Under the pieces are notes generated by a model, which saw nothing but the letters and a program-made list of their open reading frames with translations, had not been told where the DNA came from and did no database searches. This document shows positions 10,276 through 18,871 of a stretch of 64,000 nucleotides of DNA, piece after piece. The position numbers and the translations under genes were made by a program. Origin of the DNA: Actinomycetales bacterium (lineage in GTDB: Bacteria; Actinomycetota; Actinomycetes; Actinomycetales; JBBAYJ01). The stretch is taken from NCBI GenBank assembly GCA_038258055.1, contig JBBSQH010000015.1, positions 3,666-67,665 of the forward strand. Direction: 5' to 3'. Positions within the stretch are counted from its first letter, which is position 1. Every line of letters starts with the position of its first letter.

Positions 10276-10472
10276 GCCGCTCACCGCCGCCGTCGTGCGG
10301 GCGGGTGACCTGGTCGGGTCCCCGACCCGTGCGCCGCGGTGCTGCCGGGTCCTCCGGCTCGTGAGGGCATGGCAGCCATCGTAGGTTCCTCGCCCCTGCG
10401 CCTCGGGGACCGTGGGTTCGGGCCGGGACGATCGTCCTGGTGGGCCGGGCCCCCGCGTCCTAGCCTCGGGTC

Positions 10473-11153
10473 GTGGCCTCCGACCCCGACAGCCTGGTCC
10501 GCCTGCTGGGTGGTCGGACCGGGGCGCTGGACGCCTCCGCCCCGGGGCTGGTCTTCGTCGGGGTCCTCCTCGCCACCGACCAGCTGCGGTCGGCCGTCCT
10601 GGTCGCCGTCGCCGTCGCGGCCGTGCTGGGGGCGGTCCGGCTGCTGCGCGGACGCCCGCCGCGCGCCGCGCTGCTCGGCCTGCTCGGGACGTTGGCCAGC
10701 GCCCTGGTGGTGGCCCGCACGGGCCGGGCCGAGGACTTCTTCCTGCTGCAGCTGCTGGCCAACGGGGTGAGCGCGGCGGCCTGGACCCTGTCGATCTGGC
10801 TCCGCCGGCCGCTGCTCGGGCTGGTCGTCGGCGGCGTGCTCCGGCAGCGCACGTCCTGGCGGCGGGACCCGGACCTGGCGCGGGCCTACTCCCTGGCCAG
10901 CTGGTGGTGGGTGGGAAGCTACGTGCTGCGGTTCGTGGTGTTCGTGTCGCTCTGGTCGGCGGGGCAGGTGGTCGCCCTCGGCATCGCACGGGCGGCGCTG
11001 TCGTGGCCGCTGGTCACCGCGGTCGTCGCCCTGAGCTGGTGGACGGTGAGGCGCGTCCTGCCGGCCGACCACCCCGGGCTGCGGCACCCCCAGGCGGTCG
11101 GCGCAGGGCAGGACGCCAGCGAGGACGCGGTCCAGGCGCCCGAGCCGCACTGA
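10473..11153 (+). CDS. DUF3159-like integral membrane protein
   Basis: 226 aa with 5-6 hydrophobic segments and high GC3. It is divergent from the CNNM gene, an arrangement common in actinobacteria. The family assignment is from memory of the sequence pattern only. Confidence 0.55.
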   Translation: MASDPDSLVRLLGGRTGALDASAPGLVFVGVLLATDQLRSAVLVAVAVAAVLGAVRLLRGRPPRAALLGLLGTLASALVVARTGRAEDFFLLQLLANGVSAAAWTLSIWLRRPLLGLVVGGVLRQRTSWRRDPDLARAYSLASWWWVGSYVLRFVVFVSLWSAGQVVALGIARAALSWPLVTAVVALSWWTVRRVLPADHPGLRHPQAVGAGQDASEDAVQAPEPH

Positions 11154-11192
11154 GTGATTGCTGCTTTGACACAGGGCGTTGCTCGTCATGCA

Positions 11193-11822
11193 ATGGGCGG
11201 TGTGGTGACCCAGGAGCAGCCGACCGACGACCTCGACGCGGTGCTGGACCGGGTCGGCCCGCGGTTGCGCCAGCTGCGCCAGGAGCGGGGCATGACGTTG
11301 TCGGCGCTGTCGGCGGCGACGGGGCTGTCGGTGAGCACGCTGTCACGGCTGGAGTCGGGACTGCGCAAGCCCGGCCTGGAGCTGCTGCTGCCGCTGGCCC
11401 GGGCCCACCAGGTGCCGTTGGACGAGCTCGTCGACGCCCCACCGGTAGGAGACCCGCGCGTACGGCTGAAGCCACGGTCGATGGGTCGGGTCACGGTCAT
11501 CCCGCTGTCCGCCCAGCCCGGCGGGCTGCAGGCGTTCAAGATGGTGGTGCCGGTCGCCGACGGCGAGCCTGACCCGAGGACCCACGAGGGCTACGAGTGG
11601 ATCTACGTCCTCGCCGGGCGGCTTCGGCTGGTCCTCGCCGAGCACGACGTGGTGCTCACCTCGGGCGAGGCCGCCGAGTTCGACACCCGGGTGCCGCACT
11701 GGTTCGGCTCGGCGGGCCCCGGCCCGGTCGAGCTGATCAGCCTGTTCGGCCCGCAGGGCGAGCGGGCCCACGTCCGGGCCGCGCCCCGGGCCCGGCGGTC
11801 GGGGCGGTCGAGCGACGCCTGA
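11193..11822 (+). CDS. XRE-family HTH regulator with C-terminal cupin domain
   Basis: HTH LRQLRQERGMTLSALSAATGLSVSTLSRLESG, then cupin motifs HEGYEWIYVLAGRLRLVL...GEAAEFDTRVPHWF. Confidence 0.8.
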   Translation: MGGVVTQEQPTDDLDAVLDRVGPRLRQLRQERGMTLSALSAATGLSVSTLSRLESGLRKPGLELLLPLARAHQVPLDELVDAPPVGDPRVRLKPRSMGRVTVIPLSAQPGGLQAFKMVVPVADGEPDPRTHEGYEWIYVLAGRLRLVLAEHDVVLTSGEAAEFDTRVPHWFGSAGPGPVELISLFGPQGERAHVRAAPRARRSGRSSDA

Positions 11823-12012
11823 CCGCGTCGCCGAACACCGACAGCCCGGTGTTGAGCACCACCAGCCCGACGGTCCCCTGCCCGACCCAGCGACGCGGGG
11901 CCGCACCGGCGGCCCGGCGCACAGCGGCGTCGACGCTGATGCTCACCCCGGCGCCGACCAGGACCAGACCCGCGGGGGCGAGGAACCACCCCAGCAGGTC
12001 CTTCGGCCCCAC
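11737..12012 (-). CDS. hypothetical small membrane protein
   Basis: GTG 12012 lies 4 nt after the EamA stop. The first ~60 codons have near-uniform G/C third positions and two hydrophobic stretches (LLGWFLAPAGLVLVGAGV, GTVGLVVLNTGLSVF). The last 86 nt overlap the XRE gene tail. Confidence 0.35.
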   Translation of the reverse strand: MGPKDLLGWFLAPAGLVLVGAGVSISVDAAVRRAAGAAPRRWVGQGTVGLVVLNTGLSVFGDAVRRRSTAPTAGPGARPGRGPARPAGRTG

Positions 12013-12016
12013 GTGC

Positions 12017-13063
12017 TCAGATCCCGTCGGCGTCACGTCTCGCGCGTGTCGGTCCACCCGCCGAGCGTAGGCGGCGGTCCGAACCGCCGCCGAGCGACAG
12101 GACCACCACTGCGGCACCCAGCAGCGCGGCCCCGGCCCACTGCCACGGTCCCAGCCGCTCGTCGAGCAGCGCGACGGACAGGACGGTGGCGGTGAGGGGC
12201 TCGGCCAGCGTCAGGACCGACGCCGTGCCCGAGGCCGTCCCCCGGAGCCCGGCGAAGAACAGGCCGTAGGCCAGCGCGGTGGGCACGACACCCAGGTAGA
12301 GGACGAGGCCCACGGTCACCGGCTGGCGCGGCGCGGCCATGCCGACCGCCAGCCCCACGGGCAGCGCCAGCAGCGCCGCGACCACGAACCCGAGCGACGT
12401 CACGCTCTCGCTGGGCACCCGGGCCGCGAGGGACCGGCCGAGCAGCGTCACGGCGGCGTACCCGGTGGCCGAGGTGCCGGCCAGCAGGGCGCCCACGACG
12501 GTCCGCCCGTCGCCGGCGACCTCGCCGCCCCCGGCCCCCACGAGCAGGACCAGCCCGACCACGGCCACCGGGAGCACGACCCGCAGCCGGACGCCGACCC
12601 GCTCACCCAGGAGCAGGGCCGCGCCCACCGTCACCAGGACGGGAGCCAGGCCCAGGGTGAGCATGGTGGCCACGCTGACGCCGACCGCCTGCACGGCCAG
12701 GAAGTAGCAGACCTGGAACAGCGCCAGACCGGCCCCGACCCCGACCACCCGCCCGGCGTCGTCGCGTCGCGCGGCGAGCGTCCTGACGACCGAGAGCAGC
12801 CGGCCCAGCCGGCCACGGAGCGCATGGAGGGCGAGGAGCACGACGGCGGCGACCAGGAGGCGGTAGGTGCCGACGGCGATGGGCGACAGCCCGGACACGT
12901 CTGCGAGGACGCTGCCGGCGAGACCGCCCGTGCCCCAGCAGACGGCGGCGAGGACGACCAGCACGGGGCCGCGGGACCGGCGGGTCCCGACCGGCCGGGC
13001 CTCGGGTCCGGCCATGGGCCGCGCCCTGCGGGCGGGCCGAGGGGTGGGGCGGTCGTGGTCCAC
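12017..13063 (-). CDS. EamA/DMT-family transporter
   Basis: 348 aa with ten hydrophobic segments in two EamA-like halves (VLAAVCWGTGGLA...). GTG start follows GGAGGA. Confidence 0.8.
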   Translation of the reverse strand: MDHDRPTPRPARRARPMAGPEARPVGTRRSRGPVLVVLAAVCWGTGGLAGSVLADVSGLSPIAVGTYRLLVAAVVLLALHALRGRLGRLLSVVRTLAARRDDAGRVVGVGAGLALFQVCYFLAVQAVGVSVATMLTLGLAPVLVTVGAALLLGERVGVRLRVVLPVAVVGLVLLVGAGGGEVAGDGRTVVGALLAGTSATGYAAVTLLGRSLAARVPSESVTSLGFVVAALLALPVGLAVGMAAPRQPVTVGLVLYLGVVPTALAYGLFFAGLRGTASGTASVLTLAEPLTATVLSVALLDERLGPWQWAGAALLGAAVVVLSLGGGSDRRLRSAGGPTRARRDADGI

Positions 13064-13193
13064 GGGTCCTCCGGGCGGCCTGGCGAGTCACGGACGTCGT
13101 CGCAGGGGACCCACCGACCTGACCGCGCGGGGGTCTCACGGTCAGCGCACGTGGCGCGTAGGGCCCCTGTCAGGCAGGGGGCGGAGGCGTGAG

Positions 13194-13516
13194 GTGGACC
13201 ACGCCGCGACGGTACTGGAGACCGCGGTGCCAGGACGAGCAGGTTGCCCGGCGGGCGGACCGAGCCGGGTTCTCCGGGACCACGGGCTCCGGGATGATCG
13301 GCTGGGTCGTCCCCCTGAGCACCGGGCCGCACGACGACTCGGAGGTCGAGCGCGACCTCCGGGCCCGGTGGACCGCCGACGGGCGCCGTCTGGCCAAGTC
13401 CTGCCTGCGCTACCGGAAGGCGGCCCGATCTCGACCTGGACCTGGTGGGCGAGGCCGTCGGACGGTTCGGCGTGGACTACCTCATCGCGTCGTGCGGGCG
13501 GTCCCGGGCGCCCTGA
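13194..13516 (+). pseudogene. degenerate ORF with two +1 frame changes (unknown family)
   Basis: GGAGG then GTG 13194. High-GC3 coding signal runs in frame 0 to about 13229, in frame +1 from 13231 to 13425, and in frame +2 from 13427 to TGA 13514-13516. The abandoned frame loses GC3 bias at each switch. Confidence 0.3.
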
Positions 13517-14766
13517 CCCGCTGAGGCCGGGGCGACGGCTGAGCCCTCGTCGACCCCCGGCGGCCACAGACGGAAGGCGGTCCAGGCGGCGACGAGCAGA
13601 CCGGCGCAGCCGGCCCCCAGGACCACGGTCCGCGGCTCGACGACCGTGCCGATGACCCCACCGACCAGCAGACCGAGCACCGAGGCCGTCCGGAGCACAC
13701 CTGACACCGCGGCCAGGACCCTCCCCCGCTGCTCGAGAGGCACTCGTAGCGCCGACGTGGTCTGCGCCGCCACGTTCGCGACCCCGTTGAAGCCGCCCAG
13801 CACCAGCAGCGCCGCACCCAGCGCGACGACCTGCTGGGCCGCCCCGGTCAGCAGCAGGGCCCCGGACATGCCCAGCATGCCCACGACCGCCGCGCGCACC
13901 ATGGCGTGACCGGCGGGCAGCCGTCCCGCGAGCACGCTGCCGGCGACGAGGCCGACGGCCATGACGCTGCCGAGCACCCCGTAGGACAGCTCCCCGGCCC
14001 CTAGGTCACCGCGGACCAGGAGGACGAGCACGACCCCGACCAGCTCGACCACCAGGACGAAGGTGACGAACCCCGCGACCAGGACCGACAGCACCGGGTC
14101 GGTCCGTACGAACCGGAGCCCGTCGAGCATGCGCGGTGCCGGCGCACCGGCCGCAGCCGTCCCGGCGCGGACCACGCGCACCCGGGTGGCGAGCAGAGCG
14201 ACCACGGTCAGCCCGGCCGCCGACACCGCCAGCGCGGCAGCGGCACCACCGGTCGCCATGACGCCACCCGCCAGGGCGGGCCCGAGCATGCCGACGAGCA
14301 TGACCAGCGCCGACACCCGACCCACCGCCGCAGGCAGCGCCTCGCGTTCCACCACGGACGGGAGCAGCGCCGACCAGGTCGGCCCCGCAACCGCCTGACC
14401 GGCCTGGAGCATGAGCAGGACCAGGAGCAGCCACGCCTGGTGCGCCCCGAGAACCAGCGCCACCGCCCCCGCGGCACAGACGCCCGCCTGCCACGACGCG
14501 GCGGCGACGGAGAGCCGTCGCGAGGACATCCGGTCCACCAACGGACCGGCCACGAAGGTGCCCAGCGCCAACGGCAGGGCGGCGGCGACCAAGACCGCCG
14601 CCGCTCCGGGGGCTCCCCATCCCGCGGAGTACGCCTGGAGCAGCATCGACACCACGACGACCTCGCCGGCCAGGAAGGTGACGGCCTGAGCCCCACCGAC
14701 TCGCAGCAGGTCCCGGTTACGCCACGACGCCGACCCCACCGACCGACTACGAAGGGTTTGCTTCAT
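13477..14766 (-). CDS. MFS transporter (MFS_3/EntS-like)
   Basis: 429 aa with 12 hydrophobic segments. The N-terminus [24 protein letters not shown] is typical of this subfamily. Divergent from the ArsR-type regulator. Confidence 0.8.
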   Translation of the reverse strand: MKQTLRSRSVGSASWRNRDLLRVGGAQAVTFLAGEVVVVSMLLQAYSAGWGAPGAAAVLVAAALPLALGTFVAGPLVDRMSSRRLSVAAASWQAGVCAAGAVALVLGAHQAWLLLVLLMLQAGQAVAGPTWSALLPSVVEREALPAAVGRVSALVMLVGMLGPALAGGVMATGGAAAALAVSAAGLTVVALLATRVRVVRAGTAAAGAPAPRMLDGLRFVRTDPVLSVLVAGFVTFVLVVELVGVVLVLLVRGDLGAGELSYGVLGSVMAVGLVAGSVLAGRLPAGHAMVRAAVVGMLGMSGALLLTGAAQQVVALGAALLVLGGFNGVANVAAQTTSALRVPLEQRGRVLAAVSGVLRTASVLGLLVGGVIGTVVEPRTVVLGAGCAGLLVAAWTAFRLWPPGVDEGSAVAPASAGQGARDRPHDAMR

Positions 14767-14770
14767 ATTC

Positions 14771-14814
14771 GTGAAGGTACTCCTTCACATCACGGTTGTG
14801 AAGTGTCTACTTCA
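14771..14814. promoter_or_regulatory. two operator-like palindromes in the MFS/ArsR divergent intergenic region
   Basis: GTGAAGG-tact-CCTTCAC (14771-14788) and TGAAGT-gtct-ACTTCA (14799-14814). They share the half-site GTGAAG and lie in a locally AT-richer 69-bp gap. Confidence 0.4.
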
Positions 14815-14835
14815 GACGATCGCTAGGATCCGCGG

Positions 14836-15420
14836 ATGACGGAGGACCTGCCTGACATCGAGCTGGAGGACGCTGCGGCGATCCGGGTCCTCGCGCACCC
14901 GGCACGGTTGCTGGCCGTGGAACGGCTCTACGCGGTCGACGGGACGGCCATGACGGCGACCGAGCTGGCGGAGCAGGTCGGTCTGTCCGCCAGCGCCATG
15001 AGCTACCACCTCCGGGCCCTGGAGCGGCACGGGGTGGTCGTGCGCGCGGACGGCGACGGGGACGACCGTCGACGGCCGTGGCGTGCGGCCGGGGGCAAGA
15101 TCGTCGTCCGTCGCACCCCCGGGCAGTCCAGCGCCGGAAGGGCGGCCCTCCAGCTGCTGACCGACGAGATGCTCGACCGGCTGCGGCTGCGGCTGCAGGA
15201 GCTGTCGGACCGGGTCGAGACGGACGACGAGCGGTGGCGGGTCGGCGGGCTCAGCCCGGTGACGCTACGGATCGACCACGAGCAGACCGCGGCCCTCACG
15301 GCCGACCTCGAGCAGGTGCTGGAACGCTACCGGCGGGCGCAGGGCGAGGCATCGACCGATGACCGGCGCACCGTGGACGTCCTGATGGCTGTCGTCCCCG
15401 GACCTCCCACGCCGGGCTGA
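14836..15420 (+). CDS. ArsR-family winged-helix transcriptional regulator
   Basis: IRVLAHPARLLAVERLY...MTATELAEQVGLSASAMSYHLRALERHGVV is an ArsR-type HTH, followed by a longer C-terminal extension. Confidence 0.75.
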   Translation: MTEDLPDIELEDAAAIRVLAHPARLLAVERLYAVDGTAMTATELAEQVGLSASAMSYHLRALERHGVVVRADGDGDDRRRPWRAAGGKIVVRRTPGQSSAGRAALQLLTDEMLDRLRLRLQELSDRVETDDERWRVGGLSPVTLRIDHEQTAALTADLEQVLERYRRAQGEASTDDRRTVDVLMAVVPGPPTPG

Positions 15421-15547
15421 CCGGGTGCAACGGCCAGCGTCCCCGTGGCCGGGGACCACGCGGCCGACACGGTCACGCCTCGGCGTCGCCCCCGGCATCC
15501 ACCGACACACGGCGACACGTCCCAGCCACGGGCGCCACGACCTGTGG

Positions 15548-17776
15548 CTAGCCCGCCGAGCCGAGCACCAACGGAAGCACCGCCTGCGCCCCGGCCAGGC
15601 GGAGCTCGCGTGCGGCCACGGTCGACGTCCACCGTGAGTCGACCACGTCGTCGACCAGCAGCACCGGGCCGCGCAGGTCGGCGAGCACCTGGGCGGTCGC
15701 CGCGGGCACGGCCAGCCGGTCCCACACCCCGGCGAGGCGGACTGCGGAGTTGCCACCCGCTCCCCCGGCCGGCCCGCCGTGCTGGAGCTCGAGCTCGCCG
15801 AGGTCCTGCAGCCGACCGACCTGGGCGAGGCGGGTCCGCAGCGAGCCGACGAGCTGGGGCCGCGACCGCGACGGGACGCCCACCACCGCCACCGGCCGCT
15901 CCGCCCAGTCCCACTCCCGCAGCACGCGGGTCACGGCCCCGAACAGCTCGTCCGTGACGGGTGCGTCGACCGGACGACCCTCGTGGTCCGTCGCCGTGGC
16001 CCGACGGAGCGCCGCACCCCAGCCCAGGTCGGTGAACCGGGCCACGGCCCGTCCGTCGGCGGCCCGCTCGGCCTCGGGGATCCGGCCCTTGACGTCCACG
16101 CCGATGGTGCCCATGCCGGTCGGCCAGGAGGTCCGCGCCTCCACGACCACGCCGGGGCGGTTGACGACCTCGTCCATGGCGTCACGCCCGGCCCCGGTCA
16201 GGCTGGTCGGGTACCAGGGACCGGCGCACACGTCGCAGCGGCCGCAGTCCGGCACCCCGGCGCCGTCCGGGCCCGGGTCGTCCAGACGCTCCCGCAGGAA
16301 CCGCATCCGGCAGACCCCGGTGTCGGAGCGCACGTAGTCGCGCATCGCCTGCTGCTCCTCGGCGCGGGCGGCCTCGACCCGGGCGTAGCGGGCCGACTCG
16401 TAGTGCCACTCCGCCCCGGTGGCCACCCAGCCGCCGCGCACCCGACGCACCACCCCGTCGACGTCCAGCACCTTGAGCAGCAGCTCGAGCTTGTTGCGGC
16501 GCAGCTCGACCCGCGGCTCGAGCGCGGGCGTGGACAGCGGTCGGTCGCTGGCCCGTAGCACCTGCAGCACCCGCTCGACGCTGTGAGGACCAGGGAAGGC
16601 CATCGAGGCGAACCACGCCCAGATCGACTCGTCCTCGGGCCCGGGCAGCAGCAGCACGTCCGCGTGCTCGACGGCACGACCGGCCCGGCCGACCTGCTGG
16701 TAGTAGGCGATGGGCGAGTCCGGAGCACCCAGGTGCACGACGAAGCCCAGATCGGGCTTGTCGAACCCCATCCCGAGCGCCGAGGTGGCCACGAGCGCCT
16801 TGACGCTGTTGTCGAGCAGCGCCTGCTCCAGCTGCACCCGCTCCTCGGTGTCGGAACGGCCGGAGTAGGCGCGCACCTCGTGCCCGGCCGCGCGCAGCGC
16901 CTCGGCCACGTCGGTCGCCTGCGACACCGTCAGCGTGTAGACGATCCCGGAGCCCGGCAGGTCCCCCAGGTGCTCCGCCAGCCACGGCAGCCGGTCGGCC
17001 GCCGGCAGCTGCAGCACGCCCAGCCGCAGCGAGTCCCGGCCGAGCGGGCCGCGCAGCGTGACGACCTCGTGCTCGTGGCCGACCTGCCCGTCGGACCCCA
17101 CCCCGACCGCGAGCTGCTCGGTGACGTCGGTGACGACGCGGGCGTTGGCGGTGGCCGTGGTCGCCAGCACGGGGGTGCCCGCGGGCAGCGACGACAGCAG
17201 GTCTCGGATGCGCCGGTAGTCCGGGCGGAAGTCGTGGCCCCAGTCGGACACGCAGTGCGCCTCGTCGACGACCAGCAGGCCGATCCCCTGGGCCAGCTCG
17301 GGCAGCCAGTTCTCGCGGAAGTCGGGGTTGTTGAGGCGTTCCGGGCTGACCAGCAGGACGTCGACCTCGCCCGCGGCCAGCTGCTCGCGCACCGACGCCC
17401 ACTCGGTGACGTTGCCGGAGTTGACGGTGTGCGCGCGAACCCCGGCCCGGGCCGCCGCCTCGACCTGGTTGCGCATCAGCGACAGCAGCGGGCTGACGAT
17501 GACGGTCGGCCCGGCACCCACCGCGCGCAGCAGGGCCGTGGCGACGAAGTACACCGCCGACTTGCCCCAGCCCGTGCGCTGGACCACCAGCACGCGGGAG
17601 CGGTCCACCAGCAGGGCGTGGACGGCCTCGAGCTGGTCCTCGCGGAAGTCCGCGTCGTCGCGCGCCGTCAGCCGGCGCAGCACCTCGCGGGCGTCCTCGG
17701 GCAATGTCGCGGGGTCGACCAGCGGGTCGACCGGGACAGCAGGGACGGACGGGACGGAGGGGGCAGCAGCGGGCAC
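15548..17776 (-). CDS. RecQ-like ATP-dependent DNA helicase of the RqlH type (helicase + Cys4 + PRTase-like C-terminal domain)
   Basis: Walker A is TGWGKSAVY and the DEAH box is VVDEAHCVSDWGHDFRP. The tetracysteine is CRMRF..(21)..CGRCDVC. The C-terminus LLVDDVVDSRWTSTVAARELRLAGA resembles ComF/phosphoribosyltransferase folds. Confidence 0.85.
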   Translation of the reverse strand: MPAAAPSVPSVPAVPVDPLVDPATLPEDAREVLRRLTARDDADFREDQLEAVHALLVDRSRVLVVQRTGWGKSAVYFVATALLRAVGAGPTVIVSPLLSLMRNQVEAAARAGVRAHTVNSGNVTEWASVREQLAAGEVDVLLVSPERLNNPDFRENWLPELAQGIGLLVVDEAHCVSDWGHDFRPDYRRIRDLLSSLPAGTPVLATTATANARVVTDVTEQLAVGVGSDGQVGHEHEVVTLRGPLGRDSLRLGVLQLPAADRLPWLAEHLGDLPGSGIVYTLTVSQATDVAEALRAAGHEVRAYSGRSDTEERVQLEQALLDNSVKALVATSALGMGFDKPDLGFVVHLGAPDSPIAYYQQVGRAGRAVEHADVLLLPGPEDESIWAWFASMAFPGPHSVERVLQVLRASDRPLSTPALEPRVELRRNKLELLLKVLDVDGVVRRVRGGWVATGAEWHYESARYARVEAARAEEQQAMRDYVRSDTGVCRMRFLRERLDDPGPDGAGVPDCGRCDVCAGPWYPTSLTGAGRDAMDEVVNRPGVVVEARTSWPTGMGTIGVDVKGRIPEAERAADGRAVARFTDLGWGAALRRATATDHEGRPVDAPVTDELFGAVTRVLREWDWAERPVAVVGVPSRSRPQLVGSLRTRLAQVGRLQDLGELELQHGGPAGGAGGNSAVRLAGVWDRLAVPAATAQVLADLRGPVLLVDDVVDSRWTSTVAARELRLAGAQAVLPLVLGSAG

Positions 17777-17869
17777 GTCTACGACGCTATGCCCTGCCCC
17801 GGACAGAGCGGGGCCCCGCCGGCCCTGTGGACGGGCGGGGCGGCCTGTGGAGGACGGCCGGGCCGGGGG

Positions 17870-18733
17870 TCAGGCCCGGATCGTGACCGGGGTGCCGAGC
17901 GGGAGGCCGATCTCCTCCACCAGCGACGTGATGGCCTCGTTGGGCAGCCGGATGCAGCCGGAGCTGACGTCGGTCCCGACCAGGTCCGGCCGGTTCGTGC
18001 CGTGGATGCCGATGACGCCCTCCCCGCCGTTGAACTCCGTGAGCACGGTCGAGAAGCCCGACAACCCGTAGGCGTACGGCCCGTAGACCCCGGTCGGGTC
18101 GGGCGGGGCCAGCAGCTCCTTGACGTAGTAGCCGCCACCCGGGGTCGGGGTGTCCTGGGTGCCGACGCCGATGTCGCTGGCCAGGACCTCCCGGCCGGAC
18201 TCGGTGACCACGATCCGGTGCTCGCCCAGCAGCACCTCGACCGCGAAGGAGTGCGACCCCAGCCCCACGTCGCGGGCCCGGACCCAGCCCGTCGTGCCGT
18301 TGGGCCGGACCGGCAGCTGCACGTGCACCCAGGCCCGGCCGACCTCCAGGGCCAGCAGGACGACCTGGCCCGTCACCTCGTCGCGGCGGTCCAGCACGAG
18401 GTCCGGCTCGGCCCCGACCGGGTCGTCCGGGTCGTCGAGGTCGGCCGGGCGGGCGTGGACGCGCAGCTCGTCGACCACGGAGGTCGCGACCACGGTGGTG
18501 CCGGGCTCGTCGGCCGTCGGCCCGGACGCGGTCGGGTCAGTGGTCGCGTCACCGCCCGGCTCGCCCGTCCGGGCCGTGCCCGGTCCTGCCGTCCCGGGCG
18601 GCCCCGAGGGCGCGGCCGTCCCGTCCGACCGACCGGCGCAGGCGGCCAGCCCGGTGACGGCACCCGCGGCCAGGCCCAGCAGCACGCGGCGTCGCCCGGG
18701 TCGTCCCGACGGCTGGTCCTCGTGCGCACGCAT
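17870..18733 (-). CDS. L,D-transpeptidase (YkuD domain), lipoprotein/secreted
   Basis: ATG 18733 gives the signal RRRVLLGLAAGAVTGLAACAG. The catalytic motif is IGIHGTNRPDLVGTDVSSGCIRL. Confidence 0.85.
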   Translation of the reverse strand: MRAHEDQPSGRPGRRRVLLGLAAGAVTGLAACAGRSDGTAAPSGPPGTAGPGTARTGEPGGDATTDPTASGPTADEPGTTVVATSVVDELRVHARPADLDDPDDPVGAEPDLVLDRRDEVTGQVVLLALEVGRAWVHVQLPVRPNGTTGWVRARDVGLGSHSFAVEVLLGEHRIVVTESGREVLASDIGVGTQDTPTPGGGYYVKELLAPPDPTGVYGPYAYGLSGFSTVLTEFNGGEGVIGIHGTNRPDLVGTDVSSGCIRLPNEAITSLVEEIGLPLGTPVTIRA

Positions 18734-18871
18734 GGCGCCGACGCTAGGCGAACCGGGCCCCGCGCACCCGGTCGACGGCGTGTGAGAACCCCGACGCCGT
18801 CCGGGGTGTGACGAAACGGTCGGTCGGTGCATGTACCCCTGACACCACCCACCGATCAGAGGAGACACATC

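Noticed and set aside
13064-13193. Possible riboswitch or leader (for example guanidine-type) upstream of the EamA transporter.
   Set aside because: I found no ACGR-loop hairpin pair or other recognisable riboswitch core on the minus strand. The Shine-Dalgarno sequence lies directly before the GTG start.
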